A program made the position numbers and the translations under genes. From Eledone cirrhosa (Eukaryota), in contig OZ024741.1 of NCBI GenBank assembly GCA_964016885.1, forward strand, positions 6,014,001 to 6,078,000: DNA of 64,000 bases, read 5' to 3'. This document shows, piece by piece, positions 1-15,000 of this stretch (positions are counted from its first letter, which is position 1; every line of letters begins with the position of its first letter). The notes beneath the pieces are model-generated. The model saw only the letters and a list, made by a program, of their open reading frames with translations. It made no database searches and was not told the origin of the DNA.

Positions 1-3000
1 ATAGGGCAGCACCCCAAAAGGAAGAATGGGAACGCTTGTTTCAATAGGGCAGCACCCCAAAAGGAAGAAAGGGAAGGCTTGTTTCAATAGGGCAGCACCC
101 CAAAAGGAAGAAAGGGATGGCTTGTTTCAATAGGGCAGCACCCCAAAAGCAAGAGAGGTAACGCTTGTTTCAATAGAGCAGCAACCCAAAAGGAAGAAAG
201 GGAAGGCTTGTTTCAATAGGGCAGCACCCCAAAACGAAGAACGGGAAGTGTGGTTTCAATAGGGCAGCATCCCAAAAGGAAGAAAGGGAACGATTGTTTC
301 AATAGGGCAGCATCCCAAAAGGAAGAAAGGGAACGTTTGTTTCAATAGGGCAGCACCCCAGAAGGAAGAAAGGGGACGCTGGTGTCAATAGGGCAGCACC
401 CCAAAAGGAAGAAAGGGAAGGCTTGTTTCAATAGGGCAGCACACCTAAAGGAAGAAAGGGAACGCTTGTTTCAATAGGGCAGCACCCCAAAAGCAAGAGA
501 GGTAACGCTTGTTTCAATAGGGCAGCAACCCAAAAGGAAGAAAGGGAAGGCTTATTTCAATAGGGCAGCCCACCAAAATGAAGAAAGGGAAGGCTTGTTT
601 CAATAGGACAGCACCCCAAAAGGAAGAAAGGGAACGTTTGTTTCAATAGGGCAGCACCCGAAAATGAAGAAAAGGAAGGCGTGTTTCAATAGGGCAGCAT
701 CCCAAAAGGAAGAAAGGGAACGCTTATTTCAATAGGGCAGCACCCCAAAAGGAAGAAAGGGAAGGCTTGTTTAAATAGGGCAGCACACCAAAAGGAAGAA
801 AGGGAAGGCTTATTTCAATAGGGCAGCCCACCAAAATGAAGGAAGGGAAGGCTTGTTTCAATAGGGCAGCTCCCCAAAACGTAGTAAGGGAAGGCTTGTT
901 TCAATAGGGCAGCACCCTTAAAAGAAGAAAGGGAACGCTTGTTTCAATAGGGCAGCACACCTAAAGGAAGAAAGGGAACGCTTGTTACAATAGGGCAGCA
1001 CCCCAAAAGGAAGAAGGCGAACGCTTGTTTCAATAGGGCAGCACCCCAAAAGGAAGAACGGGAACGCTTGTTTCAATAGGGCAGCTCCCCAAAAGGAAGA
1101 AAGGGAAGGCTTGTTTCAATAGGGCAGCACCCCAAAAGGAAGAAAGGGAAGGCTTATTTCAATAGGGCAGCCCACCAACATGAAGAAAGGGAAGGCTTGT
1201 TTCAATAGGGCAGCTCCCCAAAACGTAGTAAGGGAAGCCATGTTTCAATAGGGCAGCACCCCAAAAGGAAGAAAGGGATGGCTTGTTTCAATAGGGCAGC
1301 ACCCCAAAACGAAGAACGGTAAGGCTTGGTTCAATAGGGCAGCATGCCAAAAGGAAGAAACGGAACGTTTGTTTCAATAGGGCAGCACCCCAAAAGGAAG
1401 AAAGGGAAGGCTTATTCCAATAGGGCAGCCTACCAAAATGAAGAATGGGAAGGCTTGTTTCAATAGGACAGCACCCCAAAAGGAAGAAAGGGAACGTTTG
1501 TTTCAATAGGGCAGCACCCCAAAAGGAAGAAAAGGAAGGCGTGTTTCAATAGGGCAGCATCCCAAAAGGAAGAAAGGGAACGCTTGTTTCAATAGGGCAG
1601 CACCCCAAAAGGAAGAAAGGGAAGGCTTGTTTCAATAGGGCAGCACCCCAAAAGGAAGAAAGGGAAGGCTTGTTTCAATAGGGCAGCTCCCCAAAACGTA
1701 GTAAGGGAAGGCTTGTTTCAATAGGGCAGCATCCCAAAAGGAAGAAAGGGAACGATTGTTTCAATAGGGCAGCATCCCAAAAGGAAGAAAGGGAACGTTT
1801 GTTTCAATAGGGCAGCACCCCAGAAGGAAGAAAAGGAAGGCTTGTTTCAATAGGGCAGCACCCCTAAAGGAAGAAAGGGAACGTTTGTTTCAATAGGGCA
1901 GCACACCTAAAGGAAGAAACGGAACGCTTGTTTCAATAGGGCATCACCCCAAAAGGAAGAAAGCGAACGCTTGTTTCAATAGGGCAGCACCCCAAAAGGA
2001 AGAAAGGGAAGGCTTGTTTCAATAGGACAGCACCCGAAAAGGAAGAAAGGGAAGGCTTGTTCAATAGGGCAGCACCCGAAAAGGAAGAAAATGAAGGCGT
2101 GTTTCAATAGGGCAGCATCCCAAAAGGAAGAAAGGGAACGCTTATTTCAATAGGGCAGCACCCCAAAAGGAAGAAAGGGAAGGCTTGTTTAAATAGGGCA
2201 GCACCCCAAAAGGAAGAAAGGGAAGGCTTATTTCAATAGGGCAGCCCACCAAAATGAAGAAAGGGAAGGCTTGTTTCAATAGGGCAGCTCCCCAAAACGT
2301 AGTAAGGGAAGGCTTGTTTCAATAGGGCAGCACCCTTAAAAGAAGAAAGGGAACGCTTGTTTCAATAGGGCAGCACACCTAAAGGAAGAAAGGGAACGCT
2401 TGTTTCAATAGGGCAGCACCCCAAAAGGAAGAAGGCGAACGCTTGTTTCAATAAGGCAGCACCCCAAAAGGAAGAATGGGAACGCTTGTTTCAATAGGGC
2501 AGCTCCCCAAAAGGAAGAAAGGGAAGGCTTATTTCAATAGGGCAGCCCACCAACATGAAGAAAGGGAAGGCTTGTTTCAATAGGGCAGCTCCCCAAAACG
2601 TAGTAAGGGAAGGCATGTTTCAATAGGGCAGCACCCCAAAAGGAAGAAAGGGAAGGCTTGTTTCAATAGGGCAGCATCCCAAAAGGAAGAAACGGAACGT
2701 TTGTTTCAATAGGGCAGCACCCCAGAAGGAAGAAAGGGAACGCTTGTGTCAATAGGGCAGCACTTCAAAAGTAAGAAAGGGAAGGCTTGTTTCAATAGGG
2801 CAGCACCCTAAATGGAAGAAAGGGAACGCTTGTTTCAATAGGGCAGCACCCTTAAAAGAAGAAAGGGAACGCTTGTTTCAATAGGGCAGCACCCCTATAG
2901 TAAGAAAGGGAACGCTTGTTTCAATAGGGCAGCACCCCAAAAGGAAGAAAGGGAACGCCTGTTTCAATAGGGCAGCACCCCAAAAGGAAGAAAGGTAACG

Positions 3001-6000
3001 CTTGTTTCAATAGGGCAGCACCCCAAAATGAAGAAAGTGAAGGGTTGTTTCAATAGGGCAGTACCCCAAAAGGAAGAAAGGGAAGGCTTAATTCAATAGG
3101 GCAGCACCCCAAAAGGAAGAAAGGGAAGGCTTGTTTCAAAAGGGCAGCACCCCAAAAGGAAGAAAGGGAAGGCTTGTTTCAATAGGACAGCACCCGAAAA
3201 GGAAGAAAGGGAAGGCTTGTTGCAATAGGGCAGCACACGAAAAGGAAGAAAGGGAACGATTGTTTCAATAGGGCAGCATTCCAAAAGGAAGAAAGGCAAC
3301 GTTTGTTTCAATAGGGCAGCACCCCAAGAGGAAGAAAGAGGACGGTGGTGTCAATATGGCAGCACCCCAAAACGAAAAACGGGAAGGCTTCTTTCAATAG
3401 GGCAGCATCCCAAAAGGAAGAAAGGGGTCGTTTGTTTCAATAGGGCAGCACCCCAGAAGAAAGAAAGGGAACGCTTGTGTCAATAGGGCAGCACCCCAAA
3501 GGGAAGAAGGGGAAGGCTTGTTTCAATAGGGCAGCATCCCAAAACGAAGAACGGGAAGGCTTGTTTCAATAGGGCAGCACCCCAAAAGGAAGAAAGGGAA
3601 CGTTTGTTTCAATAGGGCAGCACCCAAAAAAGGAAGAAAGGGAATGCGTGTTTCAATAGGGCAGCATCCCAAAAGGAAGAAAGGGAACGTTTGTTTCAAT
3701 AGGGCAGCACCCCAGAAGGAAGAAGGGGGACGCTGGTGTCAATAGGGCAGCACCCCAAAAGGAAGAAAGAGAAGGCTTGTTTCAACAGGGCAGCACCCCT
3801 AAAGGAAGAAAGGGCACGTTTGTTTCAATAGGGCAGCACCCCTATAGTAAGAAAGGGAACGCTTGTTTCAATAGGGCAGCACCCCAAAAGGAAGAAAGGG
3901 TACGCTTGTTTCAATAGGGCAGCACCCCAAAAGGAAGAAAAGGAAGGCTTGTTTCAATAGGGCAGCACCCCAAAAGGAAGAAAGGGAAGGCTTGTTTCAA
4001 CAGGGCAGCAACCCTAAAGGAAGAAAGGGAACGTTTGTTTCAATAGGGCAGCACCCCAAAAGGAAGAAAGTGAAGGCTTGTTTCAATAGGGCAGCACCCC
4101 AAAACGAAGAACGGGAAGGCTTGTTTCAATAGGGCAGCACCCCAAAAGGAAGAAAGGGAACGTTTGTTTCAATAGGGCAGCACCCGAAAAGGAAGAAAGG
4201 GAATGCGTGTTTCAATAGGGCAGCACCCCTAAAGGAAGAAAGGGAACGTTTGTTTCAATAGGGCAGCACCCCTAAAGGAAGAAAGGGAACGATTGTTTCA
4301 ATAAGGCAGCACCCCAAAAGGAAGAAAGGGGACGCTTGTTTCAATAGGGCAGCACCCCAAAAGGAAAAAAGGGAAGGCCTGTTTCAATAGGGCAGCACCC
4401 AAAAAGGAAGAAAGGGAAGGCTTATTTCAATAGGGTAGCCCCCCAAAGGGAAGAAAGGGAACGTTTGTTTCAATAGGGCTGCACCCGAAAAGGAAGAAAG
4501 GGAAGGCGTATTTCAATAGGGCAGCATCCCAAAAGGAAGAAAGGGAACGCTTGTTTCAATAGGGCAGCACCCCAAAAGGAAGAAAGGGAAGGCTTGTTTC
4601 AATAGGGCTGCTCCCCAAAACGTAGAAAGGGAAGGCTTGTTTCAATAGGGCAGCATCCCAAAAAGGAAGAAAGGGAAGGCTTGTTTCAATAGGGCAGCAC
4701 CCCAAAACGAAGAACGGGACGGCTGTTTTCAATGGGGCAGCATCCCAAAAGGAAGAACGTGGACGTTTGTTTCAATAGGGCCACACCCCAGAAGGAAAAA
4801 AGGGAACGCTTGTGTCAATAGGGCAGCACCCCAAAAGGAAGAAAGGGAAGGCTTGTTTCATTAGGGCAGCACCCCAAAACGAAGAACGGGAAGGCTTGTT
4901 TCAATAGGGCAGCACCCCAAAAGGTAGAAAGGGAACGGTTGTTTCAATAGGGCAGCACCCGAAAAGGAAGAAAGGGAATGCGTGTTTCAATAGGGCAGCA
5001 CCCCAGAAGGAAGAAAGGGGACGCTGGTGTCAATAGGGCAGCACCCCAAAAGGAAGAAAGGGAAGGCTTATTTCAATAGGCAGCATCCTAAAAGGTAGAA
5101 AGGGAACGTTTCTTTCAATAGGGCAGCAACCCAGAAGGAAGAAAGGGAACGCTTGTGTCAATAGGGCAGCACCCCAAAAGGAAGAAAGGGAAGGCTTGTT
5201 TCAATAGGGCAACACCCCAAAAGGAAGAAAGGGAAGGCTTGTTTCAATACGGCAGCACCCCTAAAGGAAGAAAGGGAACGTTGTTTCAATAGGGCAGCAC
5301 ACCTAAAGGAAGAAAGGGAACGCTTGTTTCAATAGGGCAGCACCCCAAAAGGAAGAAAGCGAACGCTTGTTTCAATAGGGCAGCACCCCGAAAGGAAGAA
5401 TGGGAACGCTTGTCTCAATAGGGCAGCTCCCTAAAAGGAAGAAAGGGAAGGCTTGTTTACATAGGGCAGCACCCCAAAACGAAGAAAGGGAAGGCTTATT
5501 TCAATAGGGCAGCCCACCAAAATGAAGAAAGCGAAGGCTTGTTTCAATAGGGCAGCACCCCAAAAGGAAGAAAGGGAACGCTTGTTTCAATAGGGCAGCA
5601 CCCCAAAAGGAAGAAAGGGAAGGCTTGTTTCAATAGGGCAGCTCCCCAAAACGTAGTAAGGGAAGGCTTGTTTCAATAGGGCAGCACCCCAAAACGAAGA
5701 ACGGTAAGGCTTGGTTCAATAGGGCAGCATCCCAAAAGGAAGAAAGGGAACGTTTGTTTCAATAGGGCAGCACACCAGAAGGAAGAAAGGGAACGCTTGT
5801 GTCAATGGGGCAGCACCCCAAAAGGAAGAAAGGGAAGGCTTTTTTCAATAGGGCAGCACCCTAAAAGGAAGAAAGGGAACGCTTGTTTCAATAGGGCAGC
5901 ACCCTTAATAGAAGAAAGGGAACGCTTGTTTCAATAGGGCAGCACCCCTATAGTAAGAAAGGGAACGCTTGTTTCAATAGGGCAGCACCCCAAAAGGAAG

Positions 6001-9000
6001 AAAGGGAACGCTTGTTTCAATAGGGCAGCACCCCAAAAGGAAGAAAGTTAACGCTTGTTTCAATAGGGCAGCACCCCAAAATGAAGAAAGGGAAGGCTTG
6101 TTTCAATAGGGCTGCACCCCAAAAGGAAGAAAGGGAAGGCTTAATTCAATAGAGCAGCACCCCAAAACGAAGAACGGGAAGGCTTATTTCAATAGGGCAG
6201 CATCCCTAAAGGAAGAAAGTGTACGTTTGTTTCAATAGGGCCACACCCCAGAAGGAAGAAAGGGAACGCTTGTGTCAATAGGGCAACACCCCAAAACGAA
6301 GAACGGGAAGGCTTGTTTCAATAGGGCAGCACCCCAAAAGGAAGAAAGGGAACGTTTGTTTCAATAGGGCAGCACCCCAGAAGGAAGAAAGGGAACGGTT
6401 GTGTCAATAGGGCAGCACCCCAAAAGGAAGAAAGCGAAGGCTTATTTCAATAGGGCAGCACCCTAAAAGGAAGAAAGGGATCGCTTGTTTCAATAGGGCA
6501 GCACCCTTAAAGAAAGAAAGGGAACGCTTGTTTCAATAGGGCAGCACACAAAAAGGAAGAAAGGGAACGCTTGTTTCAATAGGGCAGCTCCCCAAAAGGA
6601 AGAAAGGGAAGGCTTGTTTCAATAGGGCAGCACCCCAAAAGGGAGAACGGGAGGCTTGTTTCAATAGGGCAGCCCCCAAAAGGAAGAAAGGGAAAGCTTG
6701 CTTCAATAGGGCAGCACCCCAAAAGGAAGAAAGGGAAGGCTTGTTTCAATAGGGCAGCATCCCAAAGGAAGAGAGGAAACGCTTTTTTCAATAGGGCAGC
6801 ACCCCAAAAGGAAGAAAGGGAAGGCTTGTTTCATTAGGGCAGCACCCCAAAAGGAAGAAAGGGAAGGCTTGTATCAATAGGGCAGCGCCCCAAAAGGAAG
6901 AAAGGGAACACTTGTTTCAATAGGGCAGCACCCCAAAAGGAAGAAAGGGAAGGCTTGTTTCAATAGGGCAGCACCCCAAAACGAAGAACGGGAAGGCTTG
7001 TTTTAACAGGGCAACATCCCAAAAGGAAGAATGGGAAGGCTTGTTTCAATAGAGCAGCACCCCAGAAGGAAGAATGTGAACGCTTGTGTCAATAGGGCAG
7101 CACCCCAAAAGGAAGAAAGGGAAGGCTTGTTTCAATAGGGCAGCACCCCAAAGGAAGAAAGGGAAGGCTTGTTTCAATAGGGCAGCACCCTAAAGGAAGA
7201 ACGGGAAGGCTTGTTTCAATAGGGCAGCATCCCAAAAGGAAGAAAGGGAACGTTTGTGTCAATAGGGCAGCACGCCAAAAAGAAGAAAGGGAAGGCTTGT
7301 TTCAATAGGGCAGCACCCCAAAAGGAAGAAAGGGAAGGCTTGTTTCAATAGGGCAGCACCCCAAAACGAAAAACGGGAAGGCTTGTTTCAATAGGGCATC
7401 ATCCCAAAAGGAAGAAAGGGAACGTTTGTGTCAATAGGGCAGCACGCCAAAAAGAAGAAAGGGAAGGCTTGTTTCAATAGGGCAGCACCCCAAAAGGAAG
7501 AAAGGGAAGGCTTGTTTCAATAGGGAAGCACCCCAAAACGAAGAACGGGAAGGCTTGTTTCAATAGGGCAGCATCCCAAAAGGAAGAAAGGGAACGTTTG
7601 TTTCAATAGGGCAGCACCCCAGAAGAGAGAAAGGGAACGCTTGTGTCAATAGGGCAGCACCTCAAAAGAAAGAAAGGGATGGCTTGTTTCAATAGGGCAG
7701 CACCCTAAATGGAAGAAAGGGAACGCTTGTTTCAATAGGGCAGCACCCCTAAAGATAGAAAGGGAACGCTTGTTTCAATAGGGCAGCAAAACTAAAGTAA
7801 GAAATGGAACGTTTGTTTCAATAGGGCAGCTCCCCAAAAGGAAGAAAGGGAACGCTTGTTTCAATAGGGCAGCACCCCTAAATGAAGAAAGGGAAGGCTT
7901 GTTTCAATAGGGCAGCGCCCCAAAAGGAATAAAGGGAACGCTTGTTTCAATAGGGCAGCACCCCAAAAGGAAGAAAGGTAACGCTTGTTTCAATAGGGCA
8001 GCACCCCAAAATGAAGAACGGGAAGGCTTGTTTCAATAGGGCAGCACCCCAAAATGAAGAAAGGGAAGGCTTAATTCAATAGGGCAGCACCCAAAAAGGA
8101 AGAAAGGGAACGTTTGTTTCAATAGGGCAGCATCCCAAAAGGAAGAAAGGGAAGGCTTGTTTCAATGGGGCAGCACCCCAAGACGAAGAAAGGGAAGGCT
8201 TGTTTCAATAAGGCCACACCCCAGAAGGAAGAAAGGGAACGCTTGTGTCAATAGGGCAGCACCCCAAAAGGAAGAATGGGAACACTTGTTTCAATAGGGC
8301 AGCTCCCAAAATGAAGAAAGGGAAGGCTTGTTTCAATAGGGCAGCACCCCAAAAGGAAGAAAGTGAAGGCTTGTTTCAATAGGGCACCACCCCAAAAGGA
8401 AGAAAGGGAAGGCTTATTTCAATAGGGCAGCCCACCAAAATGAAGAAAGGGAAGGCTTGTTTCAATAGGGCAGCACCCCAAAAGGAAGAAAGGGAACGTT
8501 TATTTCAATAGGGCAGCACCCGAAAAGGAAGAAAGGGAAGGCGTGTTTCAATAGGGCAGCATCCCAAAAGGAAGAAAGGGAAGGCTTGTTTCAATAGGGC
8601 AGCATCCCAAAAGGAAGAAAGGGAAGGCTTGTTTCAATAGGGCAGCACCCCAGAAGGAAGAAAGGGAACGTTTGTTTCAATAGGGCAGCACCCCAAAAGG
8701 AAGAAAGGGAAAGCTTATTTCAATAGGGCAGCATCCTAAAAGGAAGAAAGGGAACGTTTGTTTCAATAGGGCAGCACCCCAGAAGGAAGAAAGGGAACGT
8801 TTGTTTCAATAGGGCAGCACACCTAAAGGAAGAAAGGGAACGCTTGTTTCAATAGGGCAGCACCCCAAAAGGAAGAAAGCGAACGCTTGTTTCAATAGGG
8901 CAGCACCCCAAAAGGAAGAAAGCGAACGCTTGTTTCAATAGGGCAGCACCCCAAAAGGAAGAAGGGGAACACTTGTTTCAATAGGACAGCATCCCAAAAG

Positions 9001-12000
9001 GAAGAATGGGAACACTTGTTTCAATAGGACAGCATCCCAAAAGGAAGAAACGGAACGCTTGTTTCAATAGGGCAGCACCCCAAAAGGAAGAAGGGGAAGG
9101 CTTGTTTCAATAGGGCAGCACCCCAAAGGAAGAAAGGGAAGGCTTATTTCAATAGGGCAGCACCCCAAAAGGAAGAATGGGAACACTTGTTTCAATAGGA
9201 CAGCATCCCAAAAGGAAGAAACGGAACGTTTGTTTCAATAGGGCAGCACCCCAGAAGAAAGAAAGGGAACGCTTGTGTCAATAGGGCAGCACCCCAAAAG
9301 AAAGAAAGGGAAGGCTTATTTCAATAGGGCAGCACCCTGAAAGGAAGAAAGGGAACGCTTGTTTCAATAGGGCAGCACCCCTAAAGGAAGAAAGGGAACG
9401 CTTGTTTCAATAGGGCAGCACCCGAAAAGGAAGAAAGGGAAGGCGTGTTTCAATAGGGCAGCATCCCAAAAGGAAGAAAGTGAACGCGTGTTTCAATAGG
9501 GCAGCATCCCAAAAGGAAGAAATGGAAGGCTTGTTTCAATAGGGCAGCACCCCAAAACGAAGAACGGGAAGGCTTGTTTCATAGGGCAGTATCCCAAAAG
9601 GTAGAAAGAGGACGTTTGTTTCAATAGGCCCACACCCCAGAAGGAAGAAAGGAAACGCTTGTGTCAATAAAGCAGCACCCCAAAAGGAAGAAAAGGAAGG
9701 CTTGTTTCAATAGGGCAGCCCCACAAAGCGTAGAACGGGAAGGCTTGTTTCAATAGGGCAGCACCCCAAAAAGAAGAAAGGGAACGTTTGTTTCAATAGG
9801 GCAGCACCCGAAAAGGAAGAAAGGGAATGCGTGTTTCAATAGGGCAGCACCCCAAAAGGAAGAAAGGGAACGATTGTTTCAATAGGGCAGCATCCCAAAA
9901 GGAAGAAAGGGAACGTTTGTTTCAATAGGGCAGCACCCCAGAAGGAAGAAAGTGGACGCTGGTGTCAATAGGGCAGCACCCCAAAAGGAAGAAAGGGAAG
10001 GCTTATTTCAATAGGGCAGCATCCTAAAAGGAAGAAAGGGAACGTTTGTTTCAATAAGGCAGCACCCCAGAAGGAAGAAAGGGAACGCTTGTGTCAATAG
10101 GGCAGCACCCCAAAAGGAAGAAAGGGAAGGCTTGTTTCAATAGGGCAGCACCCCAAGAGGAAGAATGGGAAGGCTTGTTTCAATAGGGCAGCACCCCTAA
10201 AGGAAGAAAGGGAACGTTTGTTTCAATAGGGCAGCACACCTAAAGGAAGAAAGGGAACGCTTGTTTCAATAGGGCAGCACCCCAAAAGGAAGAAAGCGAA
10301 CGCTTGTTTCAATAGGGCAGCACCCCAAAGGAAGAAAGGGAAGGCTTATTTCAATAGGGCAGCCCACCAAAATGAAGAAAGGGAAGGCTTGTTTCAATAG
10401 GGCAGCACCCCAAAAGGAAGAAAGGGAACGTTTGTTTCAATAGGGCAGCACCCGAAAAGGAAGAAAAGGAAGGCGTGTTTCAATAGGACAGCATCCCAAA
10501 AGAGAGAAACGGAACGCTTGTTTCAATAGGGTAGCACCCCAAAAGTAAGAATGGGAAGGCTTGTTTCAATAGGGCAGCACCCCAAAGGGAAGAAAGGGAT
10601 GGCTTGTTTCAATAGGGCAGCACCCCAAAACGAAGAACGGGAAGGCTTGTTTCAATAGGGCAGCATCCCAAAAGGAAGAAAGGGAACGTTTGTTTCAATA
10701 GGGCAGCACCCCAGACTAAAGAAAGGGAACGCTTGTGTCAATAGGGCAGCACCTCAAAAGAAAGAAAGGGAAGGCTTGTTTCAATAGGGCAGCACCCTAA
10801 AAGGAAGAAAGAGAACGCTTGTTTCAATAGGGCTGCACCCCTAAAGAAAGAAAGGGAACGCTGGTTTCAATAGGGCAGCACCCCTAAAGTAAGAAAGGGA
10901 ACGTTTGTTTCAATAGGGCAGCTCCCCAAAAGGAAGAAGGGAACGCTTGTTTCAATAGGGCAGCTCCCCTAAAGGAAGAAAGGGAAGGCTTGTTTCAATA
11001 GGGCAGCGCCCCAAAAGGAAGAAAGGGAACGCTTATTTCAATAGGGCAGCACCCCAAAAGGAAGAAAGGTAACGCTTGTTTCAATAGGGCAGCACCCCAA
11101 AATGAAGAAAGGGAAGGCTTGTTTCAATAGGGCAGCATCCCAAAAGGAAGAAAGGGAAGGCTTGTTTCAATAGGGCAGCACCCCAAAACGAAGAACGGGA
11201 AGGCTTGTTTCAATAGGGCAGCATCCCAAAAGGAAGAAAGGGAACGTTTGTTTCAATAGGGCAGCAACCCAGAAGAAAGAAAGGGTACGCTTGTGTCAAT
11301 AGGGCAGCACCCCAAAAGAAAGAAAGGGAAGGCTTATTTCAATAGGGCAGCACCCTAAAAGGAAGAAAGGGAACGCTTGTTTCAATAGGGCAGCACCCCT
11401 AATTGAAGAAAGAGAACGCTTGTTTAAATAGGGCAGCACCCCAAAAGGAAGAAAGGGAACGCTTGTTTCAATAGGGCAGCTCCCCAAAAGGAAGAAATGG
11501 AAGGCTTGTTTCAATAGGGCAGCCCCCAAAAGGAAGAAAGGGAAGGCTTGTTTCAATAGGGCAGCACCCCAAAAGGAAGAAAGGGAAGGCTGGTTTCAAT
11601 AGGGCAGCACCCGAACAGGAAGAAAGGGAATGCGTGTTTCAATAGGGCAGCATCCCAAAGGGAAGAAAGAGAACGCTTTTTTCAATAGGGCAGCATCCCA
11701 AAAGGAAGAACGGGTAGGCTTGTTTCAATAGGGCAGCATTCCAAAAGGAAGAAAGGGAACGTTTGTTTCAATAGGGCAGCACCCCAGAAGGAGGAAAGGG
11801 AACGCTTGTGTCAATAGGGCAGCACCCCAAAAGGAAGAAAGGGAAGGCTTGTTTCAATAGGGCAGCAGCCCTAAAGGAAGAAAGGGAACGTTTGTTTCAA
11901 TAGGGAAGCACCCCTAAAGGAAGAAAGGGAACGCTTGTTTCAATAGGGCAGCACCCCAAAAGGAAGAATGGGAACACTTGTTTCAATAGGGCAGCTCCCA

Positions 12001-15000
12001 AAATGAAGAAAGGGAAGGCTTGTTTCAATAGGGCAGCACCCCAAAAGGAAGAAAGTGAAGGCTTGTTTCAATAGGGCACCACCCCAAAAGGAAGAAAGGG
12101 AAGGCTTATTTCAATAGGGCAGCCCACCAAAATGAAGAAAGGGAAGGCTTGTTTCAATAGGGCAGCACCCCAAAAGGAAGAAAGGGAACGTTTATTTCAA
12201 TAGGGCAGCACCCGAAAAGGAAGAAAGGGAAGGCGTGTTTCAATAGGGCAGCATCCCAAAAGGAAGAAAGGGAAGGCTTGTTTCAATAGGGCAGCATCCC
12301 AAAAGGAAGAAAGGGAAGGCTTGTTTCAATAGGGCAGCACCCCAGAAGGAAGAAAGGGAACGTTTGTTTCAATAGGGCAGCACCCCAAAAGGAAGAAAGG
12401 GAAAGCTTATTTCAATAGGGCAGCATCCTAAAAGGAAGAAAGGGAACGTTTGTTTCAATAGGGCAGCACCCCAGAAGGAAGAAAGGGAACGTTTGTTTCA
12501 ATAGGGCAGCACACCTAAAGGAAGAAAGGGAACGCTTGTTTCAATAGGGCAGCACCCCAAAAGGAAGAAAGCGAACGCTTGTTTCAATAGGGCAGCACCC
12601 CAAAAGGAAGAAAGCGAACGCTTGTTTCAATAGGGCAGCACCCCAAAAGGAAGAAGGGGAACACTTGTTTCAATAGGACAGCATCCCAAAAGGAAGAATG
12701 GGAACACTTGTTTCAATAGGACAGCATCCCAAAAGGAAGAAACGGAACGCTTGTTTCAATAGGGCAGCACCCCAAAAGGAAGAAGGGGAAGGCTTGTTTC
12801 AATAGGGCAGCACCCCAAAGGAAGAAAGGGAAGGCTTATTTCAATAGGGCAGCACCCCAAAAGGAAGAATGGGAACACTTGTTTCAATAGGACAGCATCC
12901 CAAAAGGAAGAAACGGAACGCTTGTTTCAATAGGGCAGCACCCCAAAAGGAAGAAGGGGAAGGCTTGTTTCAATAGGGCAGCACCCCAAAGGGAACAAAG
13001 GGAAGGCTTGTTTCAATAGGGCAGCATCCCAAAAGGAAGAAAGGGAAGGCTTGTTTCAATAGGGCAGCACCCCAAAACGAAGAACGGGAAGGCTTGTTTC
13101 AATAGGGCAGCATCCCAAAAGGAAGAAAGTGGACGTTTGTTTCAATAGGGCAGCACCCCAGAATAAAGAAAGGGAAGGCTTGTTTCAATAGGGCAGCACC
13201 CTAAAAGGAAGAAACGGAACGCTTGTTTCAATAGGGCTGCACCCTAAAGAAAGAAAGGGAACGCTTGTTTCAATAGGGCAGCACCCCTAAAGTAAGAAAG
13301 GGAACGTTTGTTTCAATAGGGCAGCTCCCCAAAAGGAAGAAAGGGAACGCTTGTTTCAATAGGGCAGCACCCCTAAAGGAAGAAAGGGAAGGCTTGTTTC
13401 AATAGGGCAGCGCCCCAAAAGGAAGAAAGGGAACGCTTGTTTCAATAGGGCAGCACCCCTAAAGGAAGAAAGGGAATGTTTGTTTCAATAGGGAAGCACC
13501 CCTAAAGGAAGAAAGGGAACGCTTGTTTCAATAGGGCAGCACCCCAAAAGGAAGAAAGGGAACGCCTGTTTCAATAGGGCAGCACCCCAAAAGGAAGAAT
13601 GGGAACACTTGTTTCGATAGGGCAGCTCCCAAAAGGAAGAAAGGGAACGCTTGTTTCAATAGGGCAGCACCCCAAAAGGAAGAAAGTGAAGGCTTGTTTC
13701 AATAGGGCAGCACCCCAAAAGGAAGAAAGGGAAGGCTTATTTCAATAGGGCAGCCCACCAAAATGAAGAAAGGGAAGGCTTGTTTCAATAGGGCAGCACC
13801 CCAAAAGGAAGAAAGGGAACGTTTATTTCAATAGGGCAGCACCCGAAAAGGAAGAAAGGGAAGGCGTGTTTCAATAGGGCAGCATCCCAAAAGGAAGAAA
13901 GGGAAGGCTTGTTTCAATAAGGCAGCATCCCAAAAGGAAGAAAGGGAAGGCTTGTTTCAATAGGGCAGCATCCCAAAAGGAAGAAAGGGGATGTTTGTTT
14001 CAATAGGGCAGCACCCCAGAAGGAAGAAAGGGAACGCTTGTGTCAATAGAGCAGCACCTCAAAAGGAAGAAAGGGAAGGCTTGTTTCAATAGGGAAGCAC
14101 CCCATAACGAAGAACGGGAAGGCTTGATTCAATAGGGCAGCACCTCAAAAGGAAGAAAGGGAAGGCTTGTTTCAATAGGGAAGCACCCCAAAACGAAGAA
14201 TGGGAAAGCTTGTTTCAATAGGGCAGCACCCAAAAAGGAAGAAAGGGAACGCTTGTTTCAATAGGGCAGCACCCTTAAAAGAAGAAAGGGAACGCTTGTT
14301 TCAATAGGGCAGCACCCCTAAAGTAAGAAAGGGAACGCTTGTTTTAATAGGGCAGCACCCCGAAAGGAAGAAAGGGAACGCTTGTTTCAATAGGGCAACA
14401 CCCCTAAAGGAAGAGGGGAACGCTTGTTTCAATAGGGCAGCGCCCCAAAAGGAAGAAAGGGAACGCTTATTTCAAAAGGGCAGCCCCCAAAAGGAAGAAA
14501 GGGAAGGCTTGTGTCAATAGGGCAGCACCCCAAAACGAAAAACGGGAAGGCTTGTTTCAATAGGGCAGCACCCTAAAAGGAAGAAAGGGAACGCTTGTTT
14601 CAATAGGGCAGCACCCTTAAAAGAAGAAAGGGAACGCTTGTTTCAATAGGGCAGCACCCCTAATGTAAGAAAGGGAACGCTTGTTTCAATAGGGCAGTAC
14701 CCCAAAAGGAAGAAAGGGAACGCTTGTTTCAATAGGGCAGCGCCCCAAAAGGTAGAAAGGGAACGCTTATTTAAATAGGGCAGCACCCCAAAAAAAAGAA
14801 AGGGAAGGCTTAATTCAATAGGGCAGCACCCCAAACGGAAGAAAGGGATGGCTTGTTTCAATAGGGCAGCACCCCAAAAGGAAGAAAGGGGACGCTTGTT
14901 TCAAAAGGGCAGCACCCGAAAAGGAAGAAAGCGAAGGCTTGTTTCAATAGGGCAGCACCCGAAAAGGAAGTAAGGGAAGGTTTGTTGCAATAGGGCAGCA

